NCBI RefSeq assembly: GCF_018350175.1
Contig: NC_058383.1
Location: forward strand, 7,008,001 to 7,072,000
Direction of reading: 5' to 3'
Source: Felis catus
Taxonomy: Eukaryota
DNA: 64,000 nt
Shown here: positions 1-13,080 of the stretch, piece after piece
Numbering within the stretch: the first letter of the stretch is position 1
Layout of the letters: each line of letters starts with the position of its first letter
The notes under the pieces: generated by a model
Database searches by the model: none
What the model was told of the DNA's origin: nothing
What the model saw: only the letters and a program-made list of their open reading frames with translations
Program-made: the position numbers and the translations under genes

Positions 1-1389
1 TGACTGGCGTGAGGTGATATCTGAATGTGGTTTTGATTTGTATTTCCCTGATGAGGAGCGACGTTGAGCATCTTTTCATGTGCCTGTTGGCCATCTGGAT
101 GTCTTCTTTAGAGAAGTGTCTATTCATGTTTTCTGCCCATTGCTTCACTGGGTTATTTGTTTTTCGGGTGTGGAGTTTGGTGAGCTCTTTATAGATTTTG
201 GATACTAGCCCTTTGTCCGATATGTCATTTGAAAATATCTTTTCCCATTCTGTTGGTTGCCTTTTAGTTTTGTTGGTTGTTTCCTTTGCTGTGCATAAGC
301 TTTTTATCTTCATAAGGTCCCAGTAGTTCATTTTTGCTTTTAATTCCCTTGCCTTTGGGGATGTGTCAAGTAAGAAATTGCTACGACTGAGGTCAGAGAG
401 GTCTTTTCCTGCTTTCTCCTCTAGGGTTTTGATGGTTTCCTGTCTCACATTCAGGTCCTTTATCCATTTTGAGTTTGTTTTTGTGAATGGTGTAAGAAAG
501 TGGTCTAGTTTCATCCTTCTGCATGTTGCTGTCCAGTTCTCCCAGCACCATTTGTTAAAGAGACTGTCTTTTTTCCATTGGATGTTCTTTCCTGCTTTGT
601 CAAAGATGAGTTGGCCATACGTTTGTGGGTCTAGTTCTGGGGTTTCTATTCTATTCTATTCCATTGGTCTATGTGTCTGTTTTTGTGCCAATACCATTCT
701 GTCTTGATGATGACAGCTAAAGTCTGGGATTGTGATGCCTCTTGCTTTGGTCTTCTTCTTCAAAATTACTTTGGCTATTCGGGGCCTTTTGTGGTTCCAT
801 CTGAATTTTAGGATTGCTTGTTCTAGCTTCAAGAAGAATGCTGGTGCAATTTTGATTGGGATTGCATTGAATGTGTAGATAGCTTTGGGTAGTGTTGACA
901 TTTTAACAATATTTATTCTTCCGATCCATGAGCACTGAATGTTTTTCCATTTCTTTGTATCTTCTTCAATTTCCTTCATAAGCTTTTTATAGTTTTCAGC
1001 ATACAGATCTTTTACATCTTTGGTCAGGTTTATTCCTATGTATTTTATGCTTCTTGGAGCAATTGTGAATGGTATCAGTTTCTTTATTTGTCTTCTGTTG
1101 CTTCATTGTTAGTGTGTAAGAATGCAACTGATTTCTGTACATTGATTTTGTATCCTGCAACTTTGCTGAATTTATGTATCAGTTCTAGCAGACTTTTGGT
1201 GGAGTCTATTGGGTTTTCCATGTATAATATCATGTCATCTGCAAAAAGTGAAAGCTTGACTTCATCTTTGCCAATTTTGATGCCTTTCATTTCCTTTTGT
1301 TATCTGATTGCTGATGCTAGCACTTCCAACACTATGTTAAACAACAGCAGTGAGAGACATCCCTGTCGTGTTCCTGATCTCAGGGGAAA
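1..1389 (-). mobile_element. LINE-1, 5'-truncated ORF2 fragment (continues beyond window start), antisense within intron 12 of the upstream CYP3A gene
   Basis: Minus-strand ORF pieces give the L1 RT motif (LFADDMILY) and the C-terminal region ([10 protein letters not shown]). L1 similarity stops at ~1389, and the next bases match intron 12 of the downstream paralog (60874-61272). Confidence 0.95.
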
Positions 1390-2283
1390 TTTGAGCAATG
1401 TTTTAAACTTCTTTCAAGTCCACTGAAAGGAAGGGAACATGTAGTGCACAGTAATGATGTGCAGTGATGAACACAACATGACTTTTGAATGATGCTGTTT
1501 CTACCACAACTTACAGATGCTCTCATAACTGTGGTTCACAACCCCTCCTTGTACATTGCAATCAGTATGTTCTTTTCACAATCCTGATGCCCAGGCCAAA
1601 TCAGAAATTCTAACATAATTCACCTAGAGTGGGCTTTAAAAGTGCCCTCATTGATTCTCATGTGCAAGCGAGGTTGAGAATCAATGGTGGGAAGCAAGTC
1701 TGCCAGATGTGAAGGACTCCCATGGTCCAGACCATCCTGGCTACTTGGCACCACATTCCATGAGCCCTGCCCCAGTCAAGCTTTGCTCCATTTATAGGCA
1801 ATGGGGCCATCATGAATGGATATTCTTACTGGGAGAAGCGATAGGATATTTAGCATTGAGGATGGCCATACAATAAAATGTGTAATATCCATCCAAGATG
1901 ATCTTGCAAACTCAACATACACAAAATTAACTGTATCACTTTTCAAATGGTTGCCATAATGGCTAAGAACTTGTTTTAAGTTTTTAATACTCATCCTTTT
2001 ACTTAAAATTTAAATCAAAAAAGAACACAAAACAACATGAGTTTGTGTCCAGCCTGGTACAGAGTAGACACTCAATAGATATTCTTTTGAGTGAATGATA
2101 GATGAATGTTTCCATACTCTGGTCTTGACAGCTTACAAAGTTTAAGGAATATGAGATATATTAATATAAAAGTAATATTTATATGTTTAAACTCTTACTC
2201 TCCTTCATGTATCTTGCCTGCTTTGCTTCTATTGTCAGTAGGGCTTCATTTGTTGATTTTCATATGATTTTTAACTTTTGCAG

Positions 2284-2379
2284 ATCCCACTGAAATTAAA
2301 CACTCTAAGTATTATTCAACCAGAAAAACCCATTGTTCTCAAGGTTGAGCTGAGAGATGGGAGTGTGAATGGAGCTTGA
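2284..2379 (+). CDS. CYP3A: Terminal coding exon (exon 13) of a CYP3A cytochrome P450
   Basis: Acceptor ttttgcag at 2276-2283, then [31 protein letters not shown] (TGA 2377-2379), the characteristic CYP3A C-terminus. The exact paralog cannot be assigned from this exon alone. Confidence 0.93.
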   Translation: MPLKLNTLSIIQPEKPIVLKVELRDGSVNGA

Positions 2380-2663
2380 CTTTCCCTAAGGACTTCCCCT
2401 TTGTTCTTCAAGAACCTGTGTCCCAGAATACCAGAGGCCTCCATTTACTTTGTGAGTACAACCCAGAAATGAAGATGGGCTTCATGAAGTACCTGTGTTG
2501 GATGACTAGGGATTCCATAGCTTTCTCAGTCTCTGTGTGGAGCATTATATCTTGTGGAGAGTAAAGGAGGTGACTAATAAGTGCCAGACATGTAGACTCA
2601 GCCTATCTGGCTCCCATAGACCACCCCCAGTTATACCATCTACTTCCCTAATCACTGATCAAG

Positions 2664-2669
2664 AATAAA
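2664..2669 (+). terminator. Probable polyadenylation signal of the CYP3A 3'UTR (a second AATAAA at 2791-2796)
   Basis: AATAAA ~285 nt after the stop codon. Actual use is not shown by sequence alone. Confidence 0.6.
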
Positions 2670-3345
2670 AATATCTCAACAATTTTATCAACAAACTTTC
2701 ATGAAACAAGAATTTTTGTAGTAGTTGTTTAGTGACATATCACATGTCTCATTTTCAATATTCTATGTTAAGTATGACACTGATCATGTCAATAAACATC
2801 TCTTTACAAAAGTATTAAAAGTATTAACTGATACCTTCTTGCACATACAGAGGGAATTGTACAACTGATGCGTGAGAGCCAGTGACTGAATGTTTTTCAC
2901 CATCACAATCACTGAGTGGGTGGGATTGTTTAGAACTCCAACATAATATGTTAAGATAGGTGAGAGTCAATCGATCCACTGTGACTTTACCCACTGCTCA
3001 TAAAGTATATTGAAAGTATATTCATAATTTAGTTCTGTTTTTAGAGCACATGTTTTTTAGAGCATTCAATTGAGGTAGTTAGTATTATTATTAGTTTTAT
3101 TTTAATGTTTTTATCTCATCTGCCCTGATGTTCTGTTAGACAGGGAACATATTTTCTCTTCATGTTCCAGCCTCAGTTCTAAAATGTCCTGACACAATGA
3201 ACATTGAACAAGAGATGGTTGATTGGTTAGTTGATTGGACAGAAAAGCTAAAAGTATTTGTCCATTTCAGTTGGTATCAGAAACTACACAGGATTCTGCT
3301 TTTCCTTCCCTCCACACCCCACCCTTCTTTCCCTTCCTACTCTCT

Positions 3346-3426
3346 TTTTTTTTAAGTTCTTTTATTTATATTGAGAGAGAGAGAACGTATGCACAGGGAA
3401 GGGAGGGAGGGAGGGAGGGAGGGAGG

Positions 3427-3478
<52 letters not shown>

Positions 3479-3604
3479 CCCAATCAGGCTCCAAGCTCTC
3501 AGTTCAGAGCCTGACACGGGGATTGATCTCACAAACCATGAGATCATGACCTGAGCCAAAATCAGGAGCTGGATGCTTAACTGACTGAGCCACCCAGTAG
3601 CCCC
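3346..3604 (-). mobile_element. Can-SINE (tRNA-derived carnivore SINE), only in copy A
   Basis: Reverse-strand head (ggggctactgggtggctcagtcagttaagc), (GA)n/(GGGA)n tract and poly-T tail. Absent at the paralogous site near 28520. Confidence 0.92.
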
Positions 3605-4909
3605 TCCCTCCTCTCTCTTCTCTTCCATTGCCTGTCCTTCCTGGATAACTCAGTCCTAAAGCCAAAAGGTGAAGAACAGCCAGATTGGCAGCCACACATT
3701 GGGCATCAGGGACAGAGAATGGAGGCACAGTGACTCCAAGACAGAGACAGAATAGCATAGGGAGGGTGTCCACATGAAGAAGCAGCCTGCCATGAGTGTG
3801 GAAGCCCAAGCTCAGTGAGAAGGGTGTCCACATAGAGGGATAGCCTAGTCCAAAGCCAGAGCCTAAATATGGTGTGGACAACCCAAGTAATGTGAGGGGG
3901 GTATCCATGAGTGTTAGGGATGGAATGGCTATTAGTTACATAAAGGGGAATTAATTAAGGGAGTAAATATATTAAGGATAAATAGAAGCCAGATTTCTTA
4001 CTGTTGGAGAAGAGAGTCACTGATGGAAAGGGAGAAAACCAGAATGAGATTATGTATTCAGAGATTGGAACTGAATGTATCAGTGAAAAATCCTGCTTTT
4101 CTAGAGAGATAGATGATAAGTAGATTGATATAAAGATAAACAGATGTGTGTGCCTATATGAAAACACATATCCCCTACCTGTCTGACAGACAGTTCTTAG
4201 AAACAGTAACACTGTTAGAGCATTGAACACAATTTGTGCCCAGATCTTGGCTTATAAGCATCATTTTCCACTGAAAAGACTAGGGCTTTTCAGAGAAATG
4301 GCCAATTCCAGGCTGGGGATGCACATGATGAGCCTGGAGCATCTTGTCCTGCCCAGTGATTGGGACATGTCCACAAGATAAGGAGCCAGCCTGAGGGGCT
4401 TCACCGACCAGTCAGGCACAATTTAGACATCAGGAAAACTAACAATAGGAAGGGATTAAGACCCATTAAATAAAATAGGAAGACACGAGTACCCACAGGT
4501 GTAATAAATACAGGATTGATTACAATTGATGAGGACACTGATGTGGTTTCAAAGTACTACGGCTCAAACACCCATGAGTTGCCAGAAGGAAAGAGCAGGT
4601 CACAGAGCAGAGACCTGGTGAATGAGTGAGCATTATCAGGAACAGGAAGAAGTGATGACAGGTCACATGATAAGATGCATTAAGAAGAACTCAGTGTCAC
4701 CTCTGGGATATTCTTGCCAAAGAGATAAACCTGAAAGAAATCCTGAAAAAAGTCAGACAAACCCAAATAGGAATATCTACTCCTAATCTGTACCTGGTGT
4801 GCAATCTTCAACAAAGTCAAGGTCATGAAAGTGATTTAGAAGAAGAAAAGAAGAAGAAGAAGGAGGAGGAGGAGGGGGAAGATGAGGAGGAGAAGGAGGA
4901 GGAGAGGGA

Positions 4910-5275
4910 GAAACAAGCCCATATTGGAGTCACTTGCCTGCCAACCCCAACTCACAGTAAACCAAGACTAATAAGAGTTCAACCTATCCTAGGAAGGTGA
5001 CCTTTTAACAGTCTGGCTGAAATTTCCTGACAGGCACTAGTGAGTCATGTGCAGGACAGAAACCTGTGGGTCCTTCCCCCAGAGAAGGGGTCCTGTCCTG
5101 AAACAATTTTCCTTTCAAGCACTTCCTGCCCCACCCTCCTTCCTCTAAAACCCTGCATCTTGTACACCTCCTGGGAGCATCTGTCTGCCTGTCAGGTGGA
5201 TGCTACCAATTAACGAATTGCTTAATAAGACCAGTGAGTTCTTCACCTTGACTAGCTGGAATTTTGCTTTCAAAA
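4910..5275 (+). mobile_element. Putative solo LTR (paralog ~29780-30154)
   Basis: TATA-like 'cctctaaaaccc', AATAAA in the copy-B paralog (~30102), and a copy-B end '...ttttccaaca'. The family cannot be named without a repeat library. Confidence 0.45.
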
Positions 5276-7235
5276 AAAGCCAGAGACACACTAAGGAAGT
5301 GTTCCAGACTGAACTACAGAGACTAAAGAGGGGTGACATGGAAAATCAATGCATGGGTTAGGTCCTTTGCTATAAAGGACATTATGGGAACAGTGGGAGA
5401 ATTAAGGGTTCTAACAGTTACATGGCAGTAATGTGTCAGTGTCCATGCCCTGACTTTGATGGAGAATTTTTTGTAGGAATTACAGTAGATTATGAAATAT
5501 CACGTCAGCATTTACTCTGAGATTGGTCAGGAACATAGTTCTTGAAACAGACTCTTCTGGAAGCTTGTGCTTGTTTTTAAGAACAGAGGGTCACAAAAAC
5601 ACCTTGGGCTACACAGCTCTCCCCCTCCCTTGCCTTAGTCTCACTTGTACACTTATTTAGTACAGGAGGCAGCATCACACAGTAATTGGGAGATGGGAAG
5701 CTCTGAAGCTGGAGCCTCTGGGGTTTGAATCCCAGCTCAGTCAGTTTGAGTCTTGACCAATCTATGGCTTTGGGTAAATGAGAAAAAGGTGCCTCTTTGC
5801 ATAACTGGGCCCACAGGGCTTGGGCCTTCCACCTCTAAAGACACTCGAATGTGGGACCTTGAACTAATTACTTAACACCTTACTGCCTTGGTACTTAGTG
5901 CCTCAGAGTCTGTAAAACAGGGGGGTAATGCCAGTGCCTATCTGAAGTGATGATGGAATCAGATGATGTGTGTGTGTGAGGTACTTAGGACACAGACCAG
6001 GGAGCATGCAGCGAGCATGTAATCAATGTCAGCTATTACCTTCATGGCTGTATTATCTTCAGTCCTTAGGAGGCCATGTTGGCTTTGACATTTGGGCTCC
6101 AGCCTTGTCAACTCCAGCTTCAATCTGCCATTTTAGAAAGTAATCACATACATCCTTCAGAGAGCTTTAACTATGAAGTTAGTGGTGTATCAGCAGATGC
6201 TGTTCAGGAATTTTCCAAAGACCCCATTCTAGAAGTGTCTTTGTCATGTGAAAATTAATGATGTGACCCCCACTGAAAAGGAGTGGGGAGGTTTGGCAGG
6301 GGGCACTGTCACACCCTACCACTCAGACCCAACTGGAAGAGATGGACTTGACCTTGCACTACTTTATTATCCCAGCTGCAGGAAGAAGAGCTTTCCTTGT
6401 CACTATAACCCAGCAACCCTTCTCCCCAACAAGAACTCTGCCAATGAGAAGACACCACACTTCAAACTCCCAGATTACTCCATGCATTTCAGTTTATAAC
6501 CCCCTTCCCAGCCTCCCCTTTTCTCCTGAAAAAAAAGTATACCTCATCTTCATTCTTCAAACTTGGCCTAAGTTTTGCTACAGCTTGTTTGTCCTGGATT
6601 GCAATTCTCTTTTTTTTCCCAAATAACACCCTTGTATGTGGTCAAACAACTGGCAGTTTTCATTTTAAAGGCTAAGAGTCATCACAACTAAGCATGGATG
6701 GTCTTGAGGGCAGGTCTGCACTGCAGTGACAGGAGGGAAACCTTCCCACTGCATTCAGTGGGCTTTCTCCAGTCCTCCCTTAAGATTGCTTTTCTGGTGC
6801 CAGAGTTCCGACCAGTCTGTCTAGTCATGTCTGGGCTGTTCAGTGTCCAGGATACATGAAAAGCTAGGATGAGATGTGATTATCTCTTCAGGGGTCAAAA
6901 ATAGGCAGGACCTGGAAATGCCAAGTCAACATTAGCTAATTTAGAGATTTTTTTTCTCTCCTGTGACAGACTGACTTCTGCAGAGTAGGTGAGTGTCCAT
7001 GGGGCTGGAAAGCCCTGTTGAGTATGTGAACTTCCATATTCACTCCTTTAGGCCAAGAATTTTTTCAATCCAAGTAATCTTGTGTGAAGATGCAAATACA
7101 TTTTTTGTTAAGTGTAGTATTATAAGTCTGTATGTTAAGTATATAGGATTCTATCTATCATCTATTTACCTGTTATATCTCTTTATCATCTATCCATATG
7201 TACCTATTTATCTGTCATGTGTATCTATCTATTCC

Positions 7236-7280
<45 letters not shown>

Positions 7281-7305
7281 ATCTATCTATCCCATCTGTC
7301 AATCA

Positions 7306-7349
<44 letters not shown>

Positions 7350-7350
7350 A
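7236..7350. repeat. (TATC)n microsatellite (paralog 32540-32620)
   Basis: Visible tandem tatc units. Confidence 0.95.
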
Positions 7351-8483
7351 TCTGTGAATGTATCTATAAAGAAAGAAATGTCTGAGGAGCCTCTGGTATT
7401 CAGCCCTCAGCTGTGTGAGTCTCTCCAGTGCAGATATGCAGATATATGAACAGAGCCTTCAGGATGACTTCAGCACCAGTCTGTCTGCAACCACATGAGA
7501 CCCCGAAGCAAGAGCTGCCCACCTGAATCTGGTCAACCCCAGATTCATGGGCAAAATAGATTGTTTAATCCTTTGGGGTGATCTGTCACACTACATTAAA
7601 TCATTGGAATATCCCTCCTTCACTACAGTGGAAGAGAGATGACTATTGTGGGAATCTAGAGGACGTCACCATCTTACAGTTCCTATGAATTGTGGAGGCA
7701 ACTGTGGGGTTGTGGGTGAGCTCAGAGAAAGAAGTGATGAGGTCTAAGCAGGGCTGGCCCTTGGAGTCCCATGGATCAGGACAAAGGGAAGAAAGGAAAA
7801 TACTGACTTTACTGAGCCCCTGTCACATGCTGGGCCTCCTGGGCACCAAGGCTTTGTTCCTCCAGCATGCCTCTCAGTAGGGCAACATTGTAGCTGTAGG
7901 GGGTAGCCAGCTTTGAAGAGTTCCCCAGTGTCTCCCTCCTACTGGTGTGTAGTCTCTGCCCCCATGAACAGGGCTGGCCTATGAAACCAGGAGGATATTG
8001 TGGGGCTGAGGGTATGTGGCTTCTGGAGCTGAGTCATAAGAGATGAAGATGCTTCCACCTTGCCCCTCTCTCTAGGGAACGCCATCTGCTATGTTGTGAG
8101 GATTTTTAAGTGGCCATGTGGCATGGACCTGAGACCTGCCACAATCAGTGCTGACCACCCAGCCTCACAAGTGAGCTACCTTTGATGTAGGATATCCAGC
8201 TCAGTCCAATGTGTAGATGACGGCAGCCCCAGCCAACAGCGTGGCTGTAGCCTCATGAGAGACTCAGGTCAGAAACACTGAGCTAAATCACTTTTGAATT
8301 CCTCACCCACAGATTCCAAGATAATGAGATCATCATTTTATGCCACTGTGTTTTAGGGTAATTTGTTACAGAGCAAAACTAATACAGAGATCGAGGAGCT
8401 GGAACATCTTGGATGGTTGCAGCAGGAAACTGCAGACTGTCCAGGAGCATGACTGTCAGCTGGGTTTGCTGGGCAGGGAGCAG

Positions 8484-8610
8484 GTGGTGGTGGTGGTGGT
8501 GGTGGTGGTGGTAGTGGTGGTGGAAGTATGTCTGTGTCCATATGTGCATGTGTGTGTGTACAGGTATGTATACAGGTATGTGTCTGTGTGTGTGTATGTG
8601 TCTGTGTGAA
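8484..8610. repeat. (GTG)n followed by degenerate (TG)n (paralog 33770-33910)
   Basis: Visible simple repeats. They generate the poly-V/poly-H/poly-P pseudo-ORFs. Confidence 0.9.
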
Positions 8611-9519
8611 TACATATGTAGTGTGTCTATACATATATAAAGAGTCAGGGTCCCAGCAGTTGTTCTCTGGGAGGCTGAAGATTACTGCTGGCAGTAGGCT
8701 GTGCTGCCTGGATTCATTAGCCATCTCTGCCACCGAAAGTTTGGAGGATCTAGTTATTCAATGCTGGGGAGACTCAGTTTCCCTACCTGTGATGCAATGA
8801 TGCATCTACCGTGGGGTTTTTGTAATGATCAAAGATGTTAATGCAGATGATGCTCTGACATGATACCAGACATGAGGCGAGCCACCTACAGTGCTGGCCA
8901 AGGTCACTGAGATTCATACTTGGTGTGCAGGCTCTTGTCAGCTGGAGAAGCGATGGAAATCGCCCAGTTTAGCACGAATCTATTTGCTGAAGAGCCAGCT
9001 TGCTGAATGACTCAGACACTAGATTCCTGAAGATACTGAGTTTCAGTTCTTCCTCTACCCCTAACCCTATGATATGAAGAAGAGGGTTTTCCTGTAAACA
9101 CACTTCATTGATTTATATCAGGACTTATGTTGTGCCATGACACCTGCCCATCTCCTGCATTGTCCTTTCTTTGCCCCTCCCCCCACTGCCCCGATTCTGC
9201 GGGCACATCGGTGCTGTGGTGGCTTTCCCATAAGCCCACACTAGTGTTCTCTCTATTTTTATGGAACTATGTCTCTGTCTCTGACAGAGAAATAAGAGTG
9301 ATGGAATATGTGAGGTCTAATATCTTGCTTTTTGGCAAATTGACTTATCTTGAATTAAGAGCTACAAGGAAGCACTGGACTAAAAGCCAGCTCCTCCAGG
9401 TGTCAATGTTGTCATGGCTGTGGCCACATTGGCTAAAGCTTGACCCTTCCTTTTCCAGTGACTTGCAAGGGGTTTACATCATTAAGCCTCATGACCCTTT
9501 GTGTTATGCCACAACAACT

Positions 9520-9573
9520 GGTGCTCATGATTAATTAATTGGTCTATTTACAGAGTAATATGAACTTTGCACT
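9520..9573. promoter_or_regulatory. Candidate hepatic enhancer module, copy A (degenerate HNF1-like, FOXA TATTTAC, HNF4-type DR1)
   Basis: TATTTAC at 9545-9551 and TGAACTtTGCACT at 9561-9573, conserved with copy B. Motif match only. Confidence 0.4.
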
Positions 9574-9807
9574 CTCCACCTTACTGAAATTTGAAGGTGT
9601 TTGTTCAAAAAGATTATTCCATCATTCTTGTGTTGCTTCAAAATCACTCCAGCTATAGCCCTCTTAGCCTCCAAAAATATAGAAATAAGGAAGTTATGGC
9701 TCCCGTTCAGGAGGATCTCATAATTGCATTGGACATAGAGACAGAAACATAATTACTGTATAATCAGTGTGCCCCAGATTCCTTGTTCAAGCCCAATGAG
9801 ATTGGAT

Positions 9808-10190
9808 CAGTATTAATTTGCCGGGCTGTTGCACCAAAGTACCACAGATTGGGGAGCTTCAACAACAGGGATTTATTCTTCCACAATTCAGGAGGCCGGG
9901 AATACAAGATCAAGGGGTCAGCAAGGTTGGTTCCTTCTGCAGCCTCTCTCCATGGATTGCAGATGGTCAACTTCTCCCTGTGTCTTCACATTGTCTTCCC
10001 TCTATGGATGTCTGTGTCCTGATTTCCTCTTCTTATAAGGGCACCAGTCATGCTGGATTAAGGCCCATGCTGGTGACCTCATTTAACATTCTTTTCCTTT
10101 TTAAAGACATTTCCAACTATGGTCATGTTTTTAATTGCTGGCAGTTACAACTTCAACATACAGAGTTGGAGGGGATACAATTCAGCCTAT
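9808..10190 (-). mobile_element. Old MaLR (MLT1-type) LTR (paralog ~35115-35495)
   Basis: Typical MLT1 text 'aaagtaccacagattggggagcttcaacaacagggatttattcttccacaattcaggaggc...acaattcagcctatacca'. Strand is tentative. Confidence 0.7.
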
Positions 10191-12303
10191 ACCAGGATCT
10201 GTGGACAGAGCCTGTGGGCCTGCAGGTGCCTGTCACAGGAGGGCTAGGGGCTGAAAGCAGTGAACGTACACTCTCATTAAAGCTGGGTTGAGGGTGGGGC
10301 TGGGTCCTAGGTGTCAGTGAGAAGGGCCCAGGTCATCAGGGGCAACTCCCAGGCCTGATAGAAGCATGGACACAGCTACAGACCATCAAGGACCATCTTT
10401 AGAACCAGGGCAGGGAGCAGGTGTCACCGGTAAGTCCCAGGCAGAGAGAGGGTTTGAGGCCTACTTTCCCAGCCCAGAAGTCACACCCCCAAACATCCTG
10501 AGCACATTCTGGGAGGAGCAGAGAAAGGGCTATGGGGAGCAGGGTCAGACTGAACTCAGAAAACTTGTTACTCAAGTGACCAAGAAGTTGTTTTATGGTG
10601 GCAAGAAATTCTCCCTCCCCAATCTTACTCCAGGAAGGGTCTCATGGTGTTGATGCTGTCATCTCTGAAAAATTAAAAAGTTACATTTTCTTTGAGCATT
10701 GTGTATTTTCAAAAGCACTGTGTCTCTCATATCTGCAGTTGGAACCATAACACAATCTATTGATTAACAAAGATGAAATGGAAAGACTGTCACTGTTGGA
10801 GTCCAAGGCTTTAGTTTTACAGATTTCTCATTAATCTTCTTAACATCCCTCTGAGTAAACTGACGTACAGAGAGGTTAATGACTTCCTCAAGATGAGAGG
10901 GTGGAAAAGGTGGAGCCCTATGACCAGTGCCCTCACTCCTTATGCTGTGCTGCATCAGACAAGCTCATTAGTCCCACTGATAAGATGGAACCCCCGGCCC
11001 ACAAAAGGCAAAGATGACTGTGAGGATAATGTTGGCCCCATTGCCTTCCTCTCAGGGCCTACACACTGCTGAGCACACAGTAGGCCTTCAGTAAAATATC
11101 TTGAGGCTTTTTGGGAAACACGTATTGGAAACAGCACATGGACTCCACCAGTACCTCTCTCTTTTTTTTTTTTTTTTTTTTTTTTTGTCATTTGGGGATT
11201 TCCCAACACCTGCTATCAGGAGGTTCGTCTGAACCTCAAACATGCCTAGAAGGTCAGCAGGAAGGACTGGTCCTGGCTTTTCTTTAGATACACAAACATT
11301 TCCTAGATACTGCTCTGGATCAGTCCAAGATGTGCCCTCTTGGTGGGGAAAAGTTAGACCCTTGAGGAGACAGATTTAATGTGGCAGAAGGTCAGTCTCA
11401 GTGCTTTAATTCAAGAGAAGGAGCACTTGTCCCCAGTGGTGGTTGGGAGGAGCTGATACTTGATGGAGGCTTCTAAAAATTTATCTTATTCAAAACTCAA
11501 ATGTATAGATGTACATGCTTTAAAAAGTGGAACAGTACTATGGTAGTTTTAACAAAACTGGTTTTCTCAGCCTGATCTTTCTTGGTTTTCTCCCTCATTT
11601 CTGTAGAGACCATCTCCTTGTAGCCTTTAGAAGAATGATGAAGAAGAGTGAAATTTTTTTAAGAATGTGCATGGCTGAATATATCTCTGCTCTACCCTCA
11701 TGCTTGATGGATGATTTGAGCATAGAATTCTAGGTGGGCTAGATGTTTCTCCATGAACTTGTAGGCATAGAGACTTGTCTGTACTATCGCTGCTGAGAAG
11801 ATTCCTGCCCTTCTGGTTTCTGATTCATTGTATGCAACCTATGTCTTGCTCCCCTCATTCTTTCTGCAAGAATTTGGGGTTTTCTTTTTGTCCTTGGTGT
11901 ACAGAAATTTCATGATGGTGTGCCTTCGTGGATCTGCTGTCATCCATTATTCTAGGCAGAGTTGTCCAAGAGACCATTCTGCAATGATGCAAATGTTCTG
12001 TATCCGTGTTGTCCAATATGGTTGCCTCCAGTCACATGGGGGTGCACTGAAATCTAACTCACTACATTGTGTTCAAAGGCTGTAGTGAGTGGTGCAGTGC
12101 ATTGGACTTTCAATCTGGAAACTTTTGCTCTTCAGTTGTGGGAAATTTTCTTGAATTATTTCATTGTATGTATTCTCTGTTCTGAAACCTCTATTGGTCA
12201 GATGGTAGAATTCCTGACATTATTCTCTGGTTTTCTTATTTTTTTCTCTCCCATTTGTTGGGGTCAATTACTTACACAAAATTAACCTAGTGAAAAAAAA
12301 GGA

Positions 12304-12504
12304 GGGAGCACTTGGGTGGCTCAGTCAGTTTAGCATCCAACTTCAGCTCAGTTCATGATCTCAGTTTGTGGGTTCAAGCCCTGCATCAGGCTCTGACAGC
12401 TCAGAGCCTGGAACCTGCTTTGGATTCTGTGTCTCCCTCTTTCTGCCCCTCCCCTGATCACACTCTGTCTCTCTCTTTCAAAAATAAATAAACATTAAAA
12501 AAAG
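12304..12504 (+). mobile_element. Can-SINE, only in copy A
   Basis: Head gggagcacttgggtggctcagtcag, (CT)n, A-tail. TSD ttaacctagtgaa at 12282-12294 and 12505-12517. Empty site at ~37086. Confidence 0.93.
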
Positions 12505-12589
12505 TTAACCTAGTGAACATGTCTTTATTTTAAATTATGTTACTTTATCCTTTATTGATTTCTTTGCATTAATATTGATTTTATGTTTT

Positions 12590-13080
12590 TACTTCATTTA
12601 TTTAAATTCTAGTTAGTTAACATATAGTATAGTAGTGGTGTCAGGAGTAGAATTTAGTGATTCATCACTTACATATGACACCCGGTGCTCATCACAACAA
12701 ATGCCCTCCTTAATGCCACTCAGCCTTTTAGCCCATCCCCTCTGCACTTCCCCTCCAGCAACTCTCAGTTTCTTCTCTGTATTTAAGAGTATCTTCTGGT
12801 TTGCCTCCCTCTCTGTTTTTATCTTATTTTTCCTTCCCTTACTCTATGTTCATGTTTTGATTCCTAATTCCACCTGAGTGAAATCATATATTTGTCTTTA
12901 TCTGACTGACTTATTTCACGTAGCATAATACACTCTAGTTACATCCACATTTTGCAAATGACAAGATTTCATTCTTCGTGATCACCAAGTAATATTCTAT
13001 TGTGTATATATATATACCACCTCTTGATTATCCATCCACCAGTGGATGGGTACTTGGGCTTTTTCCATAATTTGGCTATT
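12590..13080 (-). mobile_element. Older carnivore L1 3'-end fragment
   Basis: Antisense L1 3'UTR plus ORF2 end (KLWKKPKYPST), abutting a second L1 poly-T tail at ~13082. Confidence 0.8.

Noticed and set aside
363..1426. Recurrent antisense ORFs such as [18 protein letters not shown] (also 26230-26574 and 47635-47970)
   Set aside because: Opposite-strand readings of L1 ORF2. They recur only because the L1 copies are similar.
8340..8800. Poly-His, poly-Pro and poly-Val ORFs (also 33663-34021)
   Set aside because: Translations of (GTG)n and (TG)n microsatellites with no splice or homology support.
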